A DNA stretch of 64,000 nt from an uncultured Bacteroidales bacterium (GCA_947168365.1 CAMVLO010000012.1:2516-66515); one strand, 5' to 3'; positions 8,802 through 18,535 are shown, counted from the stretch's first letter. Notes: generated by a model from the sequence alone, not told the origin. Numbers and translations are program-made.

Positions 8802-10454
8802 TTATGCAGCAAGTTCTTGAAGAACTGTTTTTGCTCGCTCTGAAGCAATATCAAAGTTAGAACATACATTTACAGCTCCAAGTTTGTCAACAAGTCCTGT
8901 TCTGCTAAGTTCTTTGTAAACTACTTCGTTGACGCCTGAAAGTACGATATGAACATCAATTTGTGCCAAATCGTCGAGCATAGCACTGAAGTTTCTTACG
9001 CCGGTAGCATCCATAAACGGTACGTGACGCATACGAATAATCAATACTTTGGCTTCGTTACCGAACTGACGAATAGTTTCACGATATTTTTTAGCAGCTC
9101 CAAAGAAGAACGGACCGCTGATTTCGTAAATTTCAATACCTTTAGGAAGCGATGAATAGTTGTCGATAGAATCAGAAGATTTTGATTTGAGATTGATAAC
9201 TTCGCTCTGTACCGACATACGTTGCATAAACATAAATGCAGCCAATACCATACCGACTTCGATAGCAACTGTAAGATCGAAAATTACAGTTAAAAGGAAT
9301 GTAACTACCAATACTACAACATCGTATTTTGTACCTTTGCAGATAGAAACAAAAGATCTCCATTCAGACATATTGTAGCTGACAACGATAAGTACGCCGG
9401 CAAGACAAGACATCGGAATAAGTTTTGCCCACTGTCCGAAGAAAAGCATAATCAACAACAATGTAACAGCGTGAGTAATACCGGCAACAGGAGTACGACC
9501 GCCGTTTTTTACGTTGGTAGCTGTTCTGGCAATAGCACCGGTAGCAGGAATACCACCGAAAAGCGGAGATGCTATATTTGCAATACCTTGAGCAATAAGT
9601 TCTGTGTTACTTCTGTGATTTCCTGAAATCATACCGTCGGCAACCACAGCTGAAAGCAATGATTCAATAGCTCCCAAAACTGCAATTGTAACAGCCGGAC
9701 CTACCAAATTGCTGATATCAGAAAGGTTGAAAGACGGAACTTCAACACTGATAGTAGACGGAATTTCACCGAAAACCGAACCGATAGTTGTAACCGGCAA
9801 ATCGAAAATAGCTGCAATTGCTGTTACAACAATAATTGCAACAAACGAACCCGGCACTCTCGGTGTGATTTTTACGAAATATACCGAAATCAAAATTGTA
9901 ATAACAGTTAAGACTACTGCCCAAATATTAATGCTACCGAAATTGGCAATCATAGTAGCCCATTTTGAAAGAAATGCAGCAGGCAATTTGCCTTCAATAG
10001 TCAAGCCCAAAGCATCTTTTATCTGGGTAGTAAAAATTGTAAGCGCAATACCTGAAGTAAAACCTACAACCACAGGGTGAGGAATAAATTTGATTACCGA
10101 GCCCAAATGCAAAACTCCGAAAAGTATAAGCAAAACGCCCGCCATCATAGTAGCAATCATCAAGCCCGAAAATCCGTACTGATTAACAATACCGGCTACT
10201 ACAACGATAAATGCTCCTGTAGGACCGCCTATCTGAACGCGGCTACCACCCAAAAATGAAATGATAAATCCTGCTACAATAGCAGTAATCAAACCTTTCT
10301 CAGGACTTACACCCGATGCTACTGCAAATGCAATTGCCAACGGAAGTGCAACGATACCTACAATGATACCTGCCAAAAAATCTGTCTGAAACATCTTCTT
10401 TGTGTAACCTTGCTTGAGCACAGAGAAGAATTTCGGTCTAAATACGTTTTCCAC
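8802..10454 (-). CDS. SulP-family inorganic anion transporter with C-terminal STAS domain
   Basis: Multi-TM protein with the conserved SulP N-terminus (FRPKFFSVLKQGYTKKMFQTDFLAGIIVGIVALPLAIAFA) and a STAS-like C-terminus. GTG start at 10454, about 30 nt after a TAATTTTG box. Confidence 0.9.
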   Translation of the reverse strand: MENVFRPKFFSVLKQGYTKKMFQTDFLAGIIVGIVALPLAIAFAVASGVSPEKGLITAIVAGFIISFLGGSRVQIGGPTGAFIVVVAGIVNQYGFSGLMIATMMAGVLLILFGVLHLGSVIKFIPHPVVVGFTSGIALTIFTTQIKDALGLTIEGKLPAAFLSKWATMIANFGSINIWAVVLTVITILISVYFVKITPRVPGSFVAIIVVTAIAAIFDLPVTTIGSVFGEIPSTISVEVPSFNLSDISNLVGPAVTIAVLGAIESLLSAVVADGMISGNHRSNTELIAQGIANIASPLFGGIPATGAIARTATNVKNGGRTPVAGITHAVTLLLIMLFFGQWAKLIPMSCLAGVLIVVSYNMSEWRSFVSICKGTKYDVVVLVVTFLLTVIFDLTVAIEVGMVLAAFMFMQRMSVQSEVINLKSKSSDSIDNYSSLPKGIEIYEISGPFFFGAAKKYRETIRQFGNEAKVLIIRMRHVPFMDATGVRNFSAMLDDLAQIDVHIVLSGVNEVVYKELSRTGLVDKLGAVNVCSNFDIASERAKTVLQELAA

Positions 10455-10483
10455 TTTAAATGCTTTTTATTATAATACGGCTG

Positions 10484-10491
10484 CAAAATTA
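10484..10491 (-). promoter_or_regulatory. -7 box for the SulP transporter
   Basis: TAATTTTG on the minus strand, about 30 nt upstream of GTG 10454. Confidence 0.5.
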
Positions 10492-10578
10492 GGATGTAAA
10501 TCTATCCCGATATTTTAATAAATTTTAAGAAATTTTTAATAATATTTTGTGACGTTTAACGTGAATTTAAAAATAGGA

Positions 10579-10598
10579 AACTGTTATGCATAACAGTT
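10579..10598. repeat. 20-bp perfect palindrome AACTGTTATG|CATAACAGTT in the divergent SulP/esterase intergenic region
   Basis: Read directly. Lies between the two divergent -7 boxes at 10484-10491 (-) and 10672-10679 (+). Confidence 0.8.
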
Positions 10599-10671
10599 GA
10601 AAAAATTGCACAATTTTGGCAAATCTTACAAAATTTAATATTTTTATACATAATTTCTCTACATAATTAAG

Positions 10672-10679
10672 TACTTTTG
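10672..10679 (+). promoter_or_regulatory. -7 box for the esterase
   Basis: TACTTTTG, about 46 nt upstream of ATG 10725. Confidence 0.5.
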
Positions 10680-10724
10680 CCCAAAATGTAAAAAACACAA
10701 ACTAAAGAAATCAAAAACAAAACT

Positions 10725-11621
10725 ATGAAAAAATTATTTTTAATTCTACTTACACTCATTACTTTGGGTGCAAATGCTCAACAAACATTTCAATTTTCGG
10801 AAAAAGACGGTCAAAAACTCTATCTTGACGTTTACAAATCACAAAATCCCGACAATCGCAAACCGCTGTTTATCTACGTTTTTGGCGGCGGATTTATGGA
10901 AGGCGTAAGAAACAATCCGCATTTTTTACCGTTTATCAACATTCTGAACAACAACGGTTACAATGTAGTATGCATCGATTACCGCCTCGGTCTCAAGGAT
11001 TCCAAAGACAAGGGTTTGAAAATGATTTACAAATCGATACAAATGGCGGCAGAAGACTTATTGACTGCAACCAATTGGCTGATTAACAATCAAAACCAAA
11101 CAGGAGTAAACGCCGACAGAATTGTAACATGCGGTTCGTCGGCAGGTGCAATTACAGTTTTGCAAGCCGATTATGAGCTCAACAACGGATTCCCGCTTTC
11201 CAAAATAGTTCCCGACGGATTCCGATTCAGCGGCGTAATTGCATTTTCCGGCGCGATTTTCTCGAAAAAAGGTTTAGTAAAATATCGCAAACACAATCCG
11301 GCTCCAACGATGTTTATTCACGGAACCGACGATAAAATAGTAACTTACAATCAAATACATCTGTTCAGATGGAGTTTTAGCGGTGCATCAAAACTTGCAA
11401 AACGTTTTGAAAAATATGAATATCCGTATTACATCTACCGTTACAAAGGACTTCAACACGAAGTAAATTTCTATTGTGAACGCAATATCAACGACGTGAT
11501 GAATTTTATTGACAATTATGTGATAAAAGGCAAACGTTTGAGAAACGATTTTACATACATGGATCCTGATAATCAGAATACTACAAAAGCCAAAAGCACC
11601 AAGGAATATTACAAACAATAA
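10725..11621 (+). CDS. Secreted alpha/beta-hydrolase (esterase/lipase-type)
   Basis: Signal peptide, oxyanion-type 'VFGGGFMEG', nucleophile elbow 'GSSAGA', and 'IHGTDDKIV'. Confidence 0.75.
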   Translation: MKKLFLILLTLITLGANAQQTFQFSEKDGQKLYLDVYKSQNPDNRKPLFIYVFGGGFMEGVRNNPHFLPFINILNNNGYNVVCIDYRLGLKDSKDKGLKMIYKSIQMAAEDLLTATNWLINNQNQTGVNADRIVTCGSSAGAITVLQADYELNNGFPLSKIVPDGFRFSGVIAFSGAIFSKKGLVKYRKHNPAPTMFIHGTDDKIVTYNQIHLFRWSFSGASKLAKRFEKYEYPYYIYRYKGLQHEVNFYCERNINDVMNFIDNYVIKGKRLRNDFTYMDPDNQNTTKAKSTKEYYKQ

Positions 11622-11645
11622 GGAATAAATTTTCAGAAAAAAAAG

Positions 11646-11690
11646 AAATCAGGGATTAGTTTTTTTTTACAGCTAACCCCTGATTTTTTT
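11646..11690 (+). terminator. Terminator after the esterase
   Basis: AATCAGGGATTAG...CTAACCCCTGATT hairpin followed by TTTTTT. Confidence 0.65.
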
Positions 11691-11789
11691 GTAACTGACT
11701 CAACTTTTTTTTACAAGTATTTTTCTTTATAACAATTTTGATTTCAACTTTTTACATCGCATAAATACTTGTAAAAAACGTGAGTAAAA

Positions 11790-12947
11790 CTAATTGTAAG
11801 ACTCAATCATGGCTTTAACAACCTCGCGAGAATTATTGAAAAACTCACCGGTGCTGCGGTCAAAAAGTCCGGACTGCTCCTCTCCAGCCCCGGAATATCC
11901 GTTGTCCCAATACAATGCCGACAAATTGTATTTTTTCGCAGTTTTACAAAGCGTTGACAAATAGTAAATTCGGAATTTTTCATCCTCAGAATTATCACGA
12001 TGAACGCATCCGAATTCACCGATATAAACCGGAATATTATTTTTTACATACTTTTCGTTCAGCTTGAAAAACAAACTGTCCATAGAATTTTCATCACCGT
12101 GTTTTGCACATTTTTTCGGATCGGCATCTTTACCCCATTGAGTAAATTTGTTTAACAAAGTATAGTCAAACGGATCGTAAAAATGTACAGCAACCATAAG
12201 TTTGTTGACCGTATCTTTCGGAAGTTCAAGGTATTGCATCGTTAACTCCGGATTTGTAACATATCCCGGAATACCAAGCCAACGCGAAGAATTGCAACCA
12301 CCGGTAGCTCTTACTGTATTAACAAAAAGTTGATTCCAAGAGTTGAGAATCTGGTATTGTTTACCGAAATCGCTACGGTTTGCGCCCCAGCCCCAACCGC
12401 CGTCATGAATCTCGTTGAAACCTTCAAACACCAAAAAATCACCGCAATCTTTGAACCTTGTTGCAATTTGATTCCAAACGGTTTCAATCTGATGTTTTAT
12501 CACCGAATCAGCTTCCTCAGATGCAGATGCCTGCTTGATATTGAGCCAAAATTTGGAATCGGCGCCATCATGATGGAGGTTGATTATAACTTTCAGACCG
12601 GCTTGTTCGCACCAAGAAACCACTTCGGCAACGCGGTTCATCCATTGAGGATCAATCATACAATCAGGCATTGACAGATGATTTTTCCATGTTACGGGAA
12701 TTCTTATAGATTGAAAACCGCAAGTTTTTACGCTGTCAATCAAGCTTTTAGTAACAGGTTTGTTTCCCCACGAAGTTTCATCGGCAATAGTGTCGGTGTA
12801 ACAATCAAGCGAGTTTCCCAGATTCCAACCCAAACCTAAATTATACATCTTGGAATCTTCCGATTGAGTTTTTGTACATTGCTTGCAACTTTCAAAACAA
12901 AGAAATGTCACAACAAAATACAAAATAAATAAATAAAATTTTCTCAT
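11790..12947 (-). CDS. Glycoside hydrolase family 5 (endoglucanase/mannanase-like)
   Basis: Signal peptide. GH5 signatures 'RIPVTW', 'INLHHD', 'FEGFNEIHD' (acid/base Glu) and 'IGEFG' (nucleophile Glu). Confidence 0.85.
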   Translation of the reverse strand: MRKFYLFILYFVVTFLCFESCKQCTKTQSEDSKMYNLGLGWNLGNSLDCYTDTIADETSWGNKPVTKSLIDSVKTCGFQSIRIPVTWKNHLSMPDCMIDPQWMNRVAEVVSWCEQAGLKVIINLHHDGADSKFWLNIKQASASEEADSVIKHQIETVWNQIATRFKDCGDFLVFEGFNEIHDGGWGWGANRSDFGKQYQILNSWNQLFVNTVRATGGCNSSRWLGIPGYVTNPELTMQYLELPKDTVNKLMVAVHFYDPFDYTLLNKFTQWGKDADPKKCAKHGDENSMDSLFFKLNEKYVKNNIPVYIGEFGCVHRDNSEDEKFRIYYLSTLCKTAKKYNLSALYWDNGYSGAGEEQSGLFDRSTGEFFNNSREVVKAMIESYN

Positions 12948-12987
12948 TAAAAATATAAATTAGTAAATTAGTGTAAAAATAGAGGAA

Positions 12988-12995
12988 CAAAAATA
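12988..12995 (-). promoter_or_regulatory. -7 box for GH5
   Basis: TATTTTTG on the minus strand, about 41 nt upstream of ATG 12947. Confidence 0.45.
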
Positions 12996-13058
12996 CAACT
13001 TTTACATCTTTTACAAATAAATCACCACTAAAAACATCAAAAAAATTAATTTTATAAG

Positions 13059-13066
13059 TATCTTTG
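13059..13066 (+). promoter_or_regulatory. -7 box for the porin-family gene
   Basis: TATCTTTG, about 34 nt upstream of ATG 13100. Confidence 0.5.
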
Positions 13067-13099
13067 CGCCGAATTAGAAATTAAATAATCTTACAAATA

Positions 13100-13678
13100 A
13101 TGAAAAAAATTTTTACAATTATCACAATGGCGATGATGATATTCGTTATGGGTATCAACAACGTAAAAGCGCAAGGATGTGCATTATCAGAGGGTTCATT
13201 TGCACTCAACTTGGGTTTGGGTATGGGCAACTGCGACTACAGATACCATAACTATACGTACGACGGTTTTGCTGTTCCAACATTCAATGCAGCATTTGAT
13301 TACGCATTTTTAGGAAACGTAATCAATCAACACGGTTCTGTTAGCGGCGGATTATATATGGGTTTTGGTCGCGGCAGCAAAAAAGACGGCGGATATAAAT
13401 TAATAGACGGTCGTTGGAGAATAGGTACTCGCGGAGCTTTGCACTACACTTGGGTAACAAATCTTGATACATACGCCGGACTTTCTGTCGGTTACAGAAG
13501 CGACAAATACAAATTCAAAGACAATAACGGCAACACTTCTGATTCTACTCCAGATTCTCGTTTTGACTGTTTCGGATTTGCCGGTGCGCGTTATGATTTT
13601 GGCGGAATTGCAGTATACAGCGAATTGGCTTTCACCAACTTTGCATTCTTCCAAATCGGTGTTGCATTCATGTTCTAA
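13100..13678 (+). CDS. Small outer-membrane beta-barrel (porin-family) protein
   Basis: Signal peptide MKKIFTIITMAMMIFVMGINNVKAQ, aromatic-rich beta-strand pattern and a C-terminal ...IGVAFMF. Terminator hairpin follows. Confidence 0.6.
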   Translation: MKKIFTIITMAMMIFVMGINNVKAQGCALSEGSFALNLGLGMGNCDYRYHNYTYDGFAVPTFNAAFDYAFLGNVINQHGSVSGGLYMGFGRGSKKDGGYKLIDGRWRIGTRGALHYTWVTNLDTYAGLSVGYRSDKYKFKDNNGNTSDSTPDSRFDCFGFAGARYDFGGIAVYSELAFTNFAFFQIGVAFMF

Positions 13679-13706
13679 AAAATCAATCACATATTTCAAT
13701 AAAAAA

Positions 13707-13746
13707 ATCTGCGGTAAACAAAACAATTTTACCGCAGATTTTTTTT
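13707..13746 (+). terminator. Terminator after the porin-family gene
   Basis: ATCTGCGGTAAA / TTTACCGCAGAT perfect 12-bp stem followed by TTTTTTT. Confidence 0.75.
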
Positions 13747-13845
13747 GTTACGAACTGACTGTCAATACAAATCTTCTGAAAAAAGAACCGCCTAAATTAC
13801 AGCCCATTTTTGTTAAATCCGTGATAATAATTACAAAAAAATAAC

Positions 13846-13853
13846 TAACTTTG
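13846..13853 (+). promoter_or_regulatory. -7 box for the AAA-ATPase-like gene
   Basis: TAACTTTG, about 28 nt upstream of ATG 13881. Confidence 0.5.
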
Positions 13854-13880
13854 CAACCAACACCAAAACGGTTTTAGATT

Positions 13881-15620
13881 ATGGAAAAGATAAGACTTTT
13901 GCCATCGGGCATCAACGATTTTGAGCGCATACGCCGAGACAACCTTTATTATGTGGATAAAACACAATATATCGCCACATTGGAAGGCGGCGACAGTTAT
14001 GTATTTTTCGGACGTCCAAGGAGATTCGGCAAAAGTTTGTTTATCAGTATGTTGGAGGCTTATTATGACATCAATAACAAAGACCGTTTTGACGAACTAT
14101 TTTCAGGACTTTGGATTCACGAACACCCGACAGAGCGCAGGGCGTTTTATCAGGTCCTGAAGTTGGATTTTTCGCAGGTAGAGGGCAAATTAGAAAAACT
14201 CGAAAACAATTTTGACGCATATTGCGGCTCCGTGCTTGATACCTTTGCGCATAAATATGCCAAATACTACGACAGTGATTTTGTGGAATGTACCGCCAAA
14301 CATACAAAAGCCTCGCACAAACTCACATATATCACGGAACAGGCGCGGCTCAAACGAATTCCGCTCTACCTCATTGTTGATGAGTACGACAATTTCACCA
14401 ATACAGTCCTTTCGCTTCACGGCAAAGACGTTTATGCGGCAATCACTCACGGAGAAGGTTTCTACCGTGACCTTTTCAAGAAGTTCAAGGGCAACTTCGA
14501 GAGAATTTTTCTGACAGGCGTGTCGCCCGTAACGCTCGACGACCTCACGAGCGGTTTCAACATTGCATCGTATGTGTCGCAGAATCGTGAATTGAATCAA
14601 ATGCTTGGTTTTTCGGAAGTCGATATTAAGGAAATGATTAAATACTATCACACTGTGGGAATGATAAAGGGCGATTTGGAGCAACAGACCGACTTTATAA
14701 TTTCGACAATCAAGCCGTGGTGCGACAACTACTATTTTTCGTATGACAGTTTCAAAGACAACGAGTCGCCGATGTACAACGGTATGATGGTGATGTATTA
14801 CTTGACCCGTTATATGAAAGAGGGCAGATTTCCCGACGATATGACCGCGCCCAACACGATGATCGACTACACAAAACTCGACCATCTTGTGAAAATAGAG
14901 CAAGAGAAGGGCAACGACTACCGCAACAGTTTCATAAACAAAGCGGTAGAAGAGGAATCGTTGCTCGGCAGAGTGAAGCCACATTTTGCGGCGGTTGACA
15001 TTCTCGAAGACGAGAATTTTGTGTCGCTGATGTACTATTACGGAATGTTGACGGTTTGTGGCGGTTTTGGTGCGTTGTGGAAACTCAGGATTCCAAACAA
15101 CAACATCCGCAAACAGTTTTACACCTACATCCGAAGTCGTTTTCCGAAAGCAGCAGCAGTCAACATCTCAGAATTGGAGATTCATTTCGCCAATGCCGCG
15201 ATACTTGGCGAGTGGAAGGAAATGCTAACGTACATCGCAACATCGTACACCAAGGCGTCAGCAAACCGCAACGCCATCGAAGGCGAGCGCAACATCCAAG
15301 GCTATTTTATGGCTTATCTGAACCTTGCGCCGTATTACTTGATGTGTCCCGAAATTGAGATGAGCCACGGCTATTGCGACATCTTCCTTATGCCCGACCG
15401 TCATGTCAGCGATGTAAGCCACAGTTATATCATTGAGTTCAAGTATACTAAAACCGATTCTTCTGACAAGGACATAACCGACAAATTTTCAGAGGCTGTC
15501 GCACAACTAAATATCTACGCCGCCGACAAAAAGGTCAAGAATATGACCGAAGGAACTACGTTGCACAAGATTGTGATGATGTTCAAAGGTGCAGAATTGG
15601 TAAAGTGTGAGGAGGTGTAA
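13881..15620 (+). CDS. AAA-ATPase-like domain protein with C-terminal PD-(D/E)XK nuclease-like domain (PF09820/PF08011-type architecture)
   Basis: N-terminus 'LPSGINDFERIRRDNLYYVDKTQYI...FFGRPRRFGKSL' and C-terminus 'GYCDIFL...SYIIEFKY' match the multi-copy Bacteroidales family. Assigned from memory of the family, not searched. Confidence 0.75.
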   Translation: MEKIRLLPSGINDFERIRRDNLYYVDKTQYIATLEGGDSYVFFGRPRRFGKSLFISMLEAYYDINNKDRFDELFSGLWIHEHPTERRAFYQVLKLDFSQVEGKLEKLENNFDAYCGSVLDTFAHKYAKYYDSDFVECTAKHTKASHKLTYITEQARLKRIPLYLIVDEYDNFTNTVLSLHGKDVYAAITHGEGFYRDLFKKFKGNFERIFLTGVSPVTLDDLTSGFNIASYVSQNRELNQMLGFSEVDIKEMIKYYHTVGMIKGDLEQQTDFIISTIKPWCDNYYFSYDSFKDNESPMYNGMMVMYYLTRYMKEGRFPDDMTAPNTMIDYTKLDHLVKIEQEKGNDYRNSFINKAVEEESLLGRVKPHFAAVDILEDENFVSLMYYYGMLTVCGGFGALWKLRIPNNNIRKQFYTYIRSRFPKAAAVNISELEIHFANAAILGEWKEMLTYIATSYTKASANRNAIEGERNIQGYFMAYLNLAPYYLMCPEIEMSHGYCDIFLMPDRHVSDVSHSYIIEFKYTKTDSSDKDITDKFSEAVAQLNIYAADKKVKNMTEGTTLHKIVMMFKGAELVKCEEV

Positions 15621-15690
15621 GAAAATTACCCGCCTCACCGAAAAAGACAGAAAGTATAAATACCCGCAGAGCCTGCTGGTAATTATACGC

Positions 15691-16059
15691 TCATTGCATA
15701 CCAAATGACCATCCAAATTTGCGTACAAGTTCGGCGAGAAGATTGTGGTCACGTGTTGGAATCAAAATATTGACCGATTCCTTTTGCGAATCTCGTTCAG
15801 CGATTTTTGCAGTGTCGAGGTCATATTGAGTTTGCATATTCATCCAAATGTCGGCGGGTATGCCGAGTGCTTTCTCCAAGGCTACGGCTACATTAAGCGA
15901 CACGCTACGTTTGCCGTTGACAGTTTCGCTAATGACAGACGGTTTGATGCCGTTTTGCTCAGCAAGTTGTTTCTGCGTAATGCCGCGCTCTTTGAGTTCG
16001 TCTTTTAACATTTCGCCGAGGTGAGTGGCGACAAACGGGGTATAACTTTTCTCATTCAT
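15691..16059 (-). CDS. higA: HigA-type antitoxin (XRE-family HTH), apparently orphan
   Basis: 'HLGEMLKDELKERGITQKQLAEQNGIKPSVISETVNGKRSVSLNVAVALEKALGIPADIWMNMQTQYDL' fits the HigA pattern. ATG 16059 has its own TACATTTG box about 36 nt upstream. The long N-terminal extension in the ORF track is not supported. Confidence 0.8.
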   Translation of the reverse strand: MNEKSYTPFVATHLGEMLKDELKERGITQKQLAEQNGIKPSVISETVNGKRSVSLNVAVALEKALGIPADIWMNMQTQYDLDTAKIAERDSQKESVNILIPTRDHNLLAELVRKFGWSFGMQ

Positions 16060-16094
16060 AATGCTTGGATGAACGTCCGATTGTTTTATTGCGG

Positions 16095-16102
16095 CAAATG
16101 TA
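16095..16102 (-). promoter_or_regulatory. -7 box for higA
   Basis: TACATTTG on the minus strand, about 36 nt upstream of ATG 16059. Confidence 0.5.
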
Positions 16103-16400
16103 ATAATTATTTTTGAATAATTAGCATTTTTGCGAATTATTCTGGTGTATTTTTGAGATTGGCGAATTACTATGATTTTTGAGAATACGTTTGATGATGA
16201 AATAATAAGACGTGAAAAACAGCACGGAAATACATTGTCGTCTTTGTCCGAAGTCTGGTAAATTTCTGTCAAAGATGACAAAGATTCCGCGCCGAAAAAA
16301 GTTAAATTTTATCTCTTTAACAGCCGCTAATTTATAAAAATATATTAATATCAACAAAAACTTTTTCCAACTTTTTTATAAATATTTTCTAATCCTCTAA

Positions 16401-16745
16401 TTACAAATTGCTTATTGGAATATTGAACGATGAAATCGTCTTCAATTGTTTTAAGGCAGTTTGGCGGAGAAGTTCAAGACGGCGACCTTGTTCGATGTTT
16501 TGCTGAATCAGAATTGCGTTGTAACTTTCAAGGTTGGCAAGTATCCAAAGTTGGCTTATTGAGGCATAGTCGCGAATGTTGCCTTGAAGGTGTCATTACG
16601 AAACAATTTAGTTCCGCATCTGTTTTAACCACCTCGAATTGCACACGGTTAAAATTTGGATTTTGCAAACTCTCCCACACTCCAAGAAACTCTATCGTGT
16701 TTCGATTTTTCAATCAATTTTTTCTTCACAGCCCACCTTTCCAAT
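16401..16745 (-). pseudogene. KilA-N/ORF6N-type DNA-binding protein remnant (N-terminally truncated, internal deletion plus frameshift)
   Basis: One frame reads 'NRNTIEFLGVWESLQNPNFNRVQFEVVKTDAELNCFVMTPSRQ'. A second frame from about 16592 reads 'GNIRDYASISQLWILANLESYNAILIQQNIEQGRRLELLRQTALKQL...' and ends at stop 16401. These match N-proximal and C-terminal blocks of Bacteroides KilA-N proteins, with the middle missing. Confidence 0.65.
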
Positions 16746-16750
16746 AATAT

Positions 16751-16799
16751 AAAAAATCAAAAGGTTCGTCTTTGTGTCTCACGACACTGACGAACCTTT
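16751..16799 (-). terminator. Terminator after asnB
   Basis: AAAGGTTCGTC / GACGAACCTTT 11-bp stem, 18-nt loop, T-rich tail on the minus strand. Confidence 0.6.
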
Positions 16800-16832
16800 C
16801 TTCTTACCATTGTCTGCTATACAAAAAAACTA

Positions 16833-18497
16833 TTAATAACTTTGCTGATGAACGTTCTTAACAGCACGTCCTGACGGATCGTTCATTTTCTGAAACGATG
16901 CGTCCCATTTCAATGCCTCGGCTGTTGAACAGGCTACCGACGGTACTGACGGAACTGTTAATGCTGCTGATTTTGAAGGGAAATGTTCTTCAAAAATTGA
17001 ACGGTAATAATATTCCTCCTTGTTCATTGGAGTGTTTATCGGAAAACGCTCGTGAGCATGATCCATCATTTCGTCGGAAACGGCTTCGGCTGTTATGGCT
17101 TTTAAGGTATCAATCCAACCGTAACCAACGCCATCTGAAAACTGCTCTTTCTGTCTCCAGCAAACTTCTGCCGGAAGCATATCTTCAAACGCTTTTCGCA
17201 ATATATGTTTTTCGATTTTGCCTTCGCCAACCATCTTGTCTTTAGGATTTACGCGCATGGCAACATCGAGAAATTCCTTGTCCAAAAACGGAACGCGACC
17301 TTCCACACCCCACGCAGAAAGTGCCTTGTTGGCTCTCAAGCAATCGTAAAGGTAAAGTTTACCGATTTTTCTTACAGTTTCTTCATGAAACGATTTTGGA
17401 TCGGGAGCTTTGTGGAAATACAAGTAACCGCCAAAAATCTCGTCAGCACCTTCGCCGGAAAGTACCATTTTGATACCCATCGACTTGATTACTCGCGCCA
17501 AAAGATACATCGGTGTACTTGCTCGTACCGTTGTAACATCGTAAGTTTCAATAAAATAAATCACATCACGAATTGCATCCAAACCTTCTTGAATTGTATA
17601 ATTGATTTCGTGATGAACTGTTCCGATATAATCGGCAACTTTGCGGGCTGCCAACAAATCGGGAGAATCTTTTAAACCCACTGCAAATGAATGCAATTGT
17701 GGCCACCAAGCTGCCTGAGTGTTTTTGGTTTCAACACGCATTGCAGAATATTTCTTGGCTATTGCAGAAACAATCGAACTGTCAAGACCGCCCGAAAGCA
17801 ATACGCCGTACGGTACGTCAGACATCAATTGACGCTGTACGGCATCTTCCAAAGCTTGTTTGATGTCAGCAGAAGTAAGTGTAGAATCTTTTACATTTTC
17901 GTACTCACTCCAATCGCGTTTGTACCATTTTACTTGTTTCTGCTCTTTTGAAGTGTAGTAATATCCGGGTTTAAATACTTCATAATCAGTACAAAAACCT
18001 TCCAAAGCTTTCAACTCGGATGCTACACAAAGATGACCGTCGGAATCATGACCGATATAGAGCGGAATTACACCAATAGGATCGCGTGCAATAAGGTATT
18101 CGTTTTTTGCCTCATCATAAAGTGCAAATGCAAAAATACCCGACAAATCTTCAAGGAAATTGATACCTTTCTTTTTGTAAAGAGCAAGTATAACTTCGCA
18201 ATCCGAACCTGTCTGAAATTCATATTCATCTTTCAATTGATCTCTGATTGACTGATGATTATAAATCTCACCGTTAACAGCAAGAATTACATCACCTTGT
18301 TTTGTTTTCAGAGGCTGCCCTCCTGAAAGCGGGTCAACAATAGAAAGTCGTTCATGGGCAAGTATTGCTGTTTTTCCAACATAAATTCCTGACCAATCCG
18401 GACCTCTGTGACGAATTTTACCAGACTGTGTAAGAGCACGCTGTCGCAATTTTTCAGCATGCTGCTCTATATCAAATATTCCAACGATTCCGCACAT
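16833..18497 (-). CDS. asnB: Asparagine synthase B (glutamine-hydrolysing)
   Basis: N-terminal nucleophile 'MCGIVGIF', 'SGGLDSS' PP-loop, length 554 aa. Confidence 0.95.
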   Translation of the reverse strand: MCGIVGIFDIEQHAEKLRQRALTQSGKIRHRGPDWSGIYVGKTAILAHERLSIVDPLSGGQPLKTKQGDVILAVNGEIYNHQSIRDQLKDEYEFQTGSDCEVILALYKKKGINFLEDLSGIFAFALYDEAKNEYLIARDPIGVIPLYIGHDSDGHLCVASELKALEGFCTDYEVFKPGYYYTSKEQKQVKWYKRDWSEYENVKDSTLTSADIKQALEDAVQRQLMSDVPYGVLLSGGLDSSIVSAIAKKYSAMRVETKNTQAAWWPQLHSFAVGLKDSPDLLAARKVADYIGTVHHEINYTIQEGLDAIRDVIYFIETYDVTTVRASTPMYLLARVIKSMGIKMVLSGEGADEIFGGYLYFHKAPDPKSFHEETVRKIGKLYLYDCLRANKALSAWGVEGRVPFLDKEFLDVAMRVNPKDKMVGEGKIEKHILRKAFEDMLPAEVCWRQKEQFSDGVGYGWIDTLKAITAEAVSDEMMDHAHERFPINTPMNKEEYYYRSIFEEHFPSKSAALTVPSVPSVACSTAEALKWDASFQKMNDPSGRAVKNVHQQSY

Positions 18498-18535
18498 AGT
18501 ATTAAATTTTTTTATTGTTAGTTATTTCATAAGAT

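Noticed and set aside
14190-14984. 264-aa antisense ORF inside the AAA-ATPase-like gene, and similar long antisense ORFs inside gltB, glnA, asnB, the M18 gene and the giant gene
   Set aside because: These are shadow ORFs opposite well-supported CDSs. They have low-complexity or odd composition (His/Val/Phe-rich) and no promoter or family resemblance.
16060-16400. Possible HigB/RelE toxin remnant upstream of higA (78-aa ORF 16121-16357 and the N-terminal extension of the 196-aa ORF)
   Set aside because: I could not align any frame convincingly to HigB/killer-protein motifs. higA also has its own -7 box at 16095-16102 inside this region. It is left as an orphan antitoxin rather than calling a pseudogene.
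16430-16747. 105-aa plus-strand ORF
   Set aside because: It lies antisense to the KilA-N remnant, whose two fragments have clear family resemblance. The plus-strand product has none.
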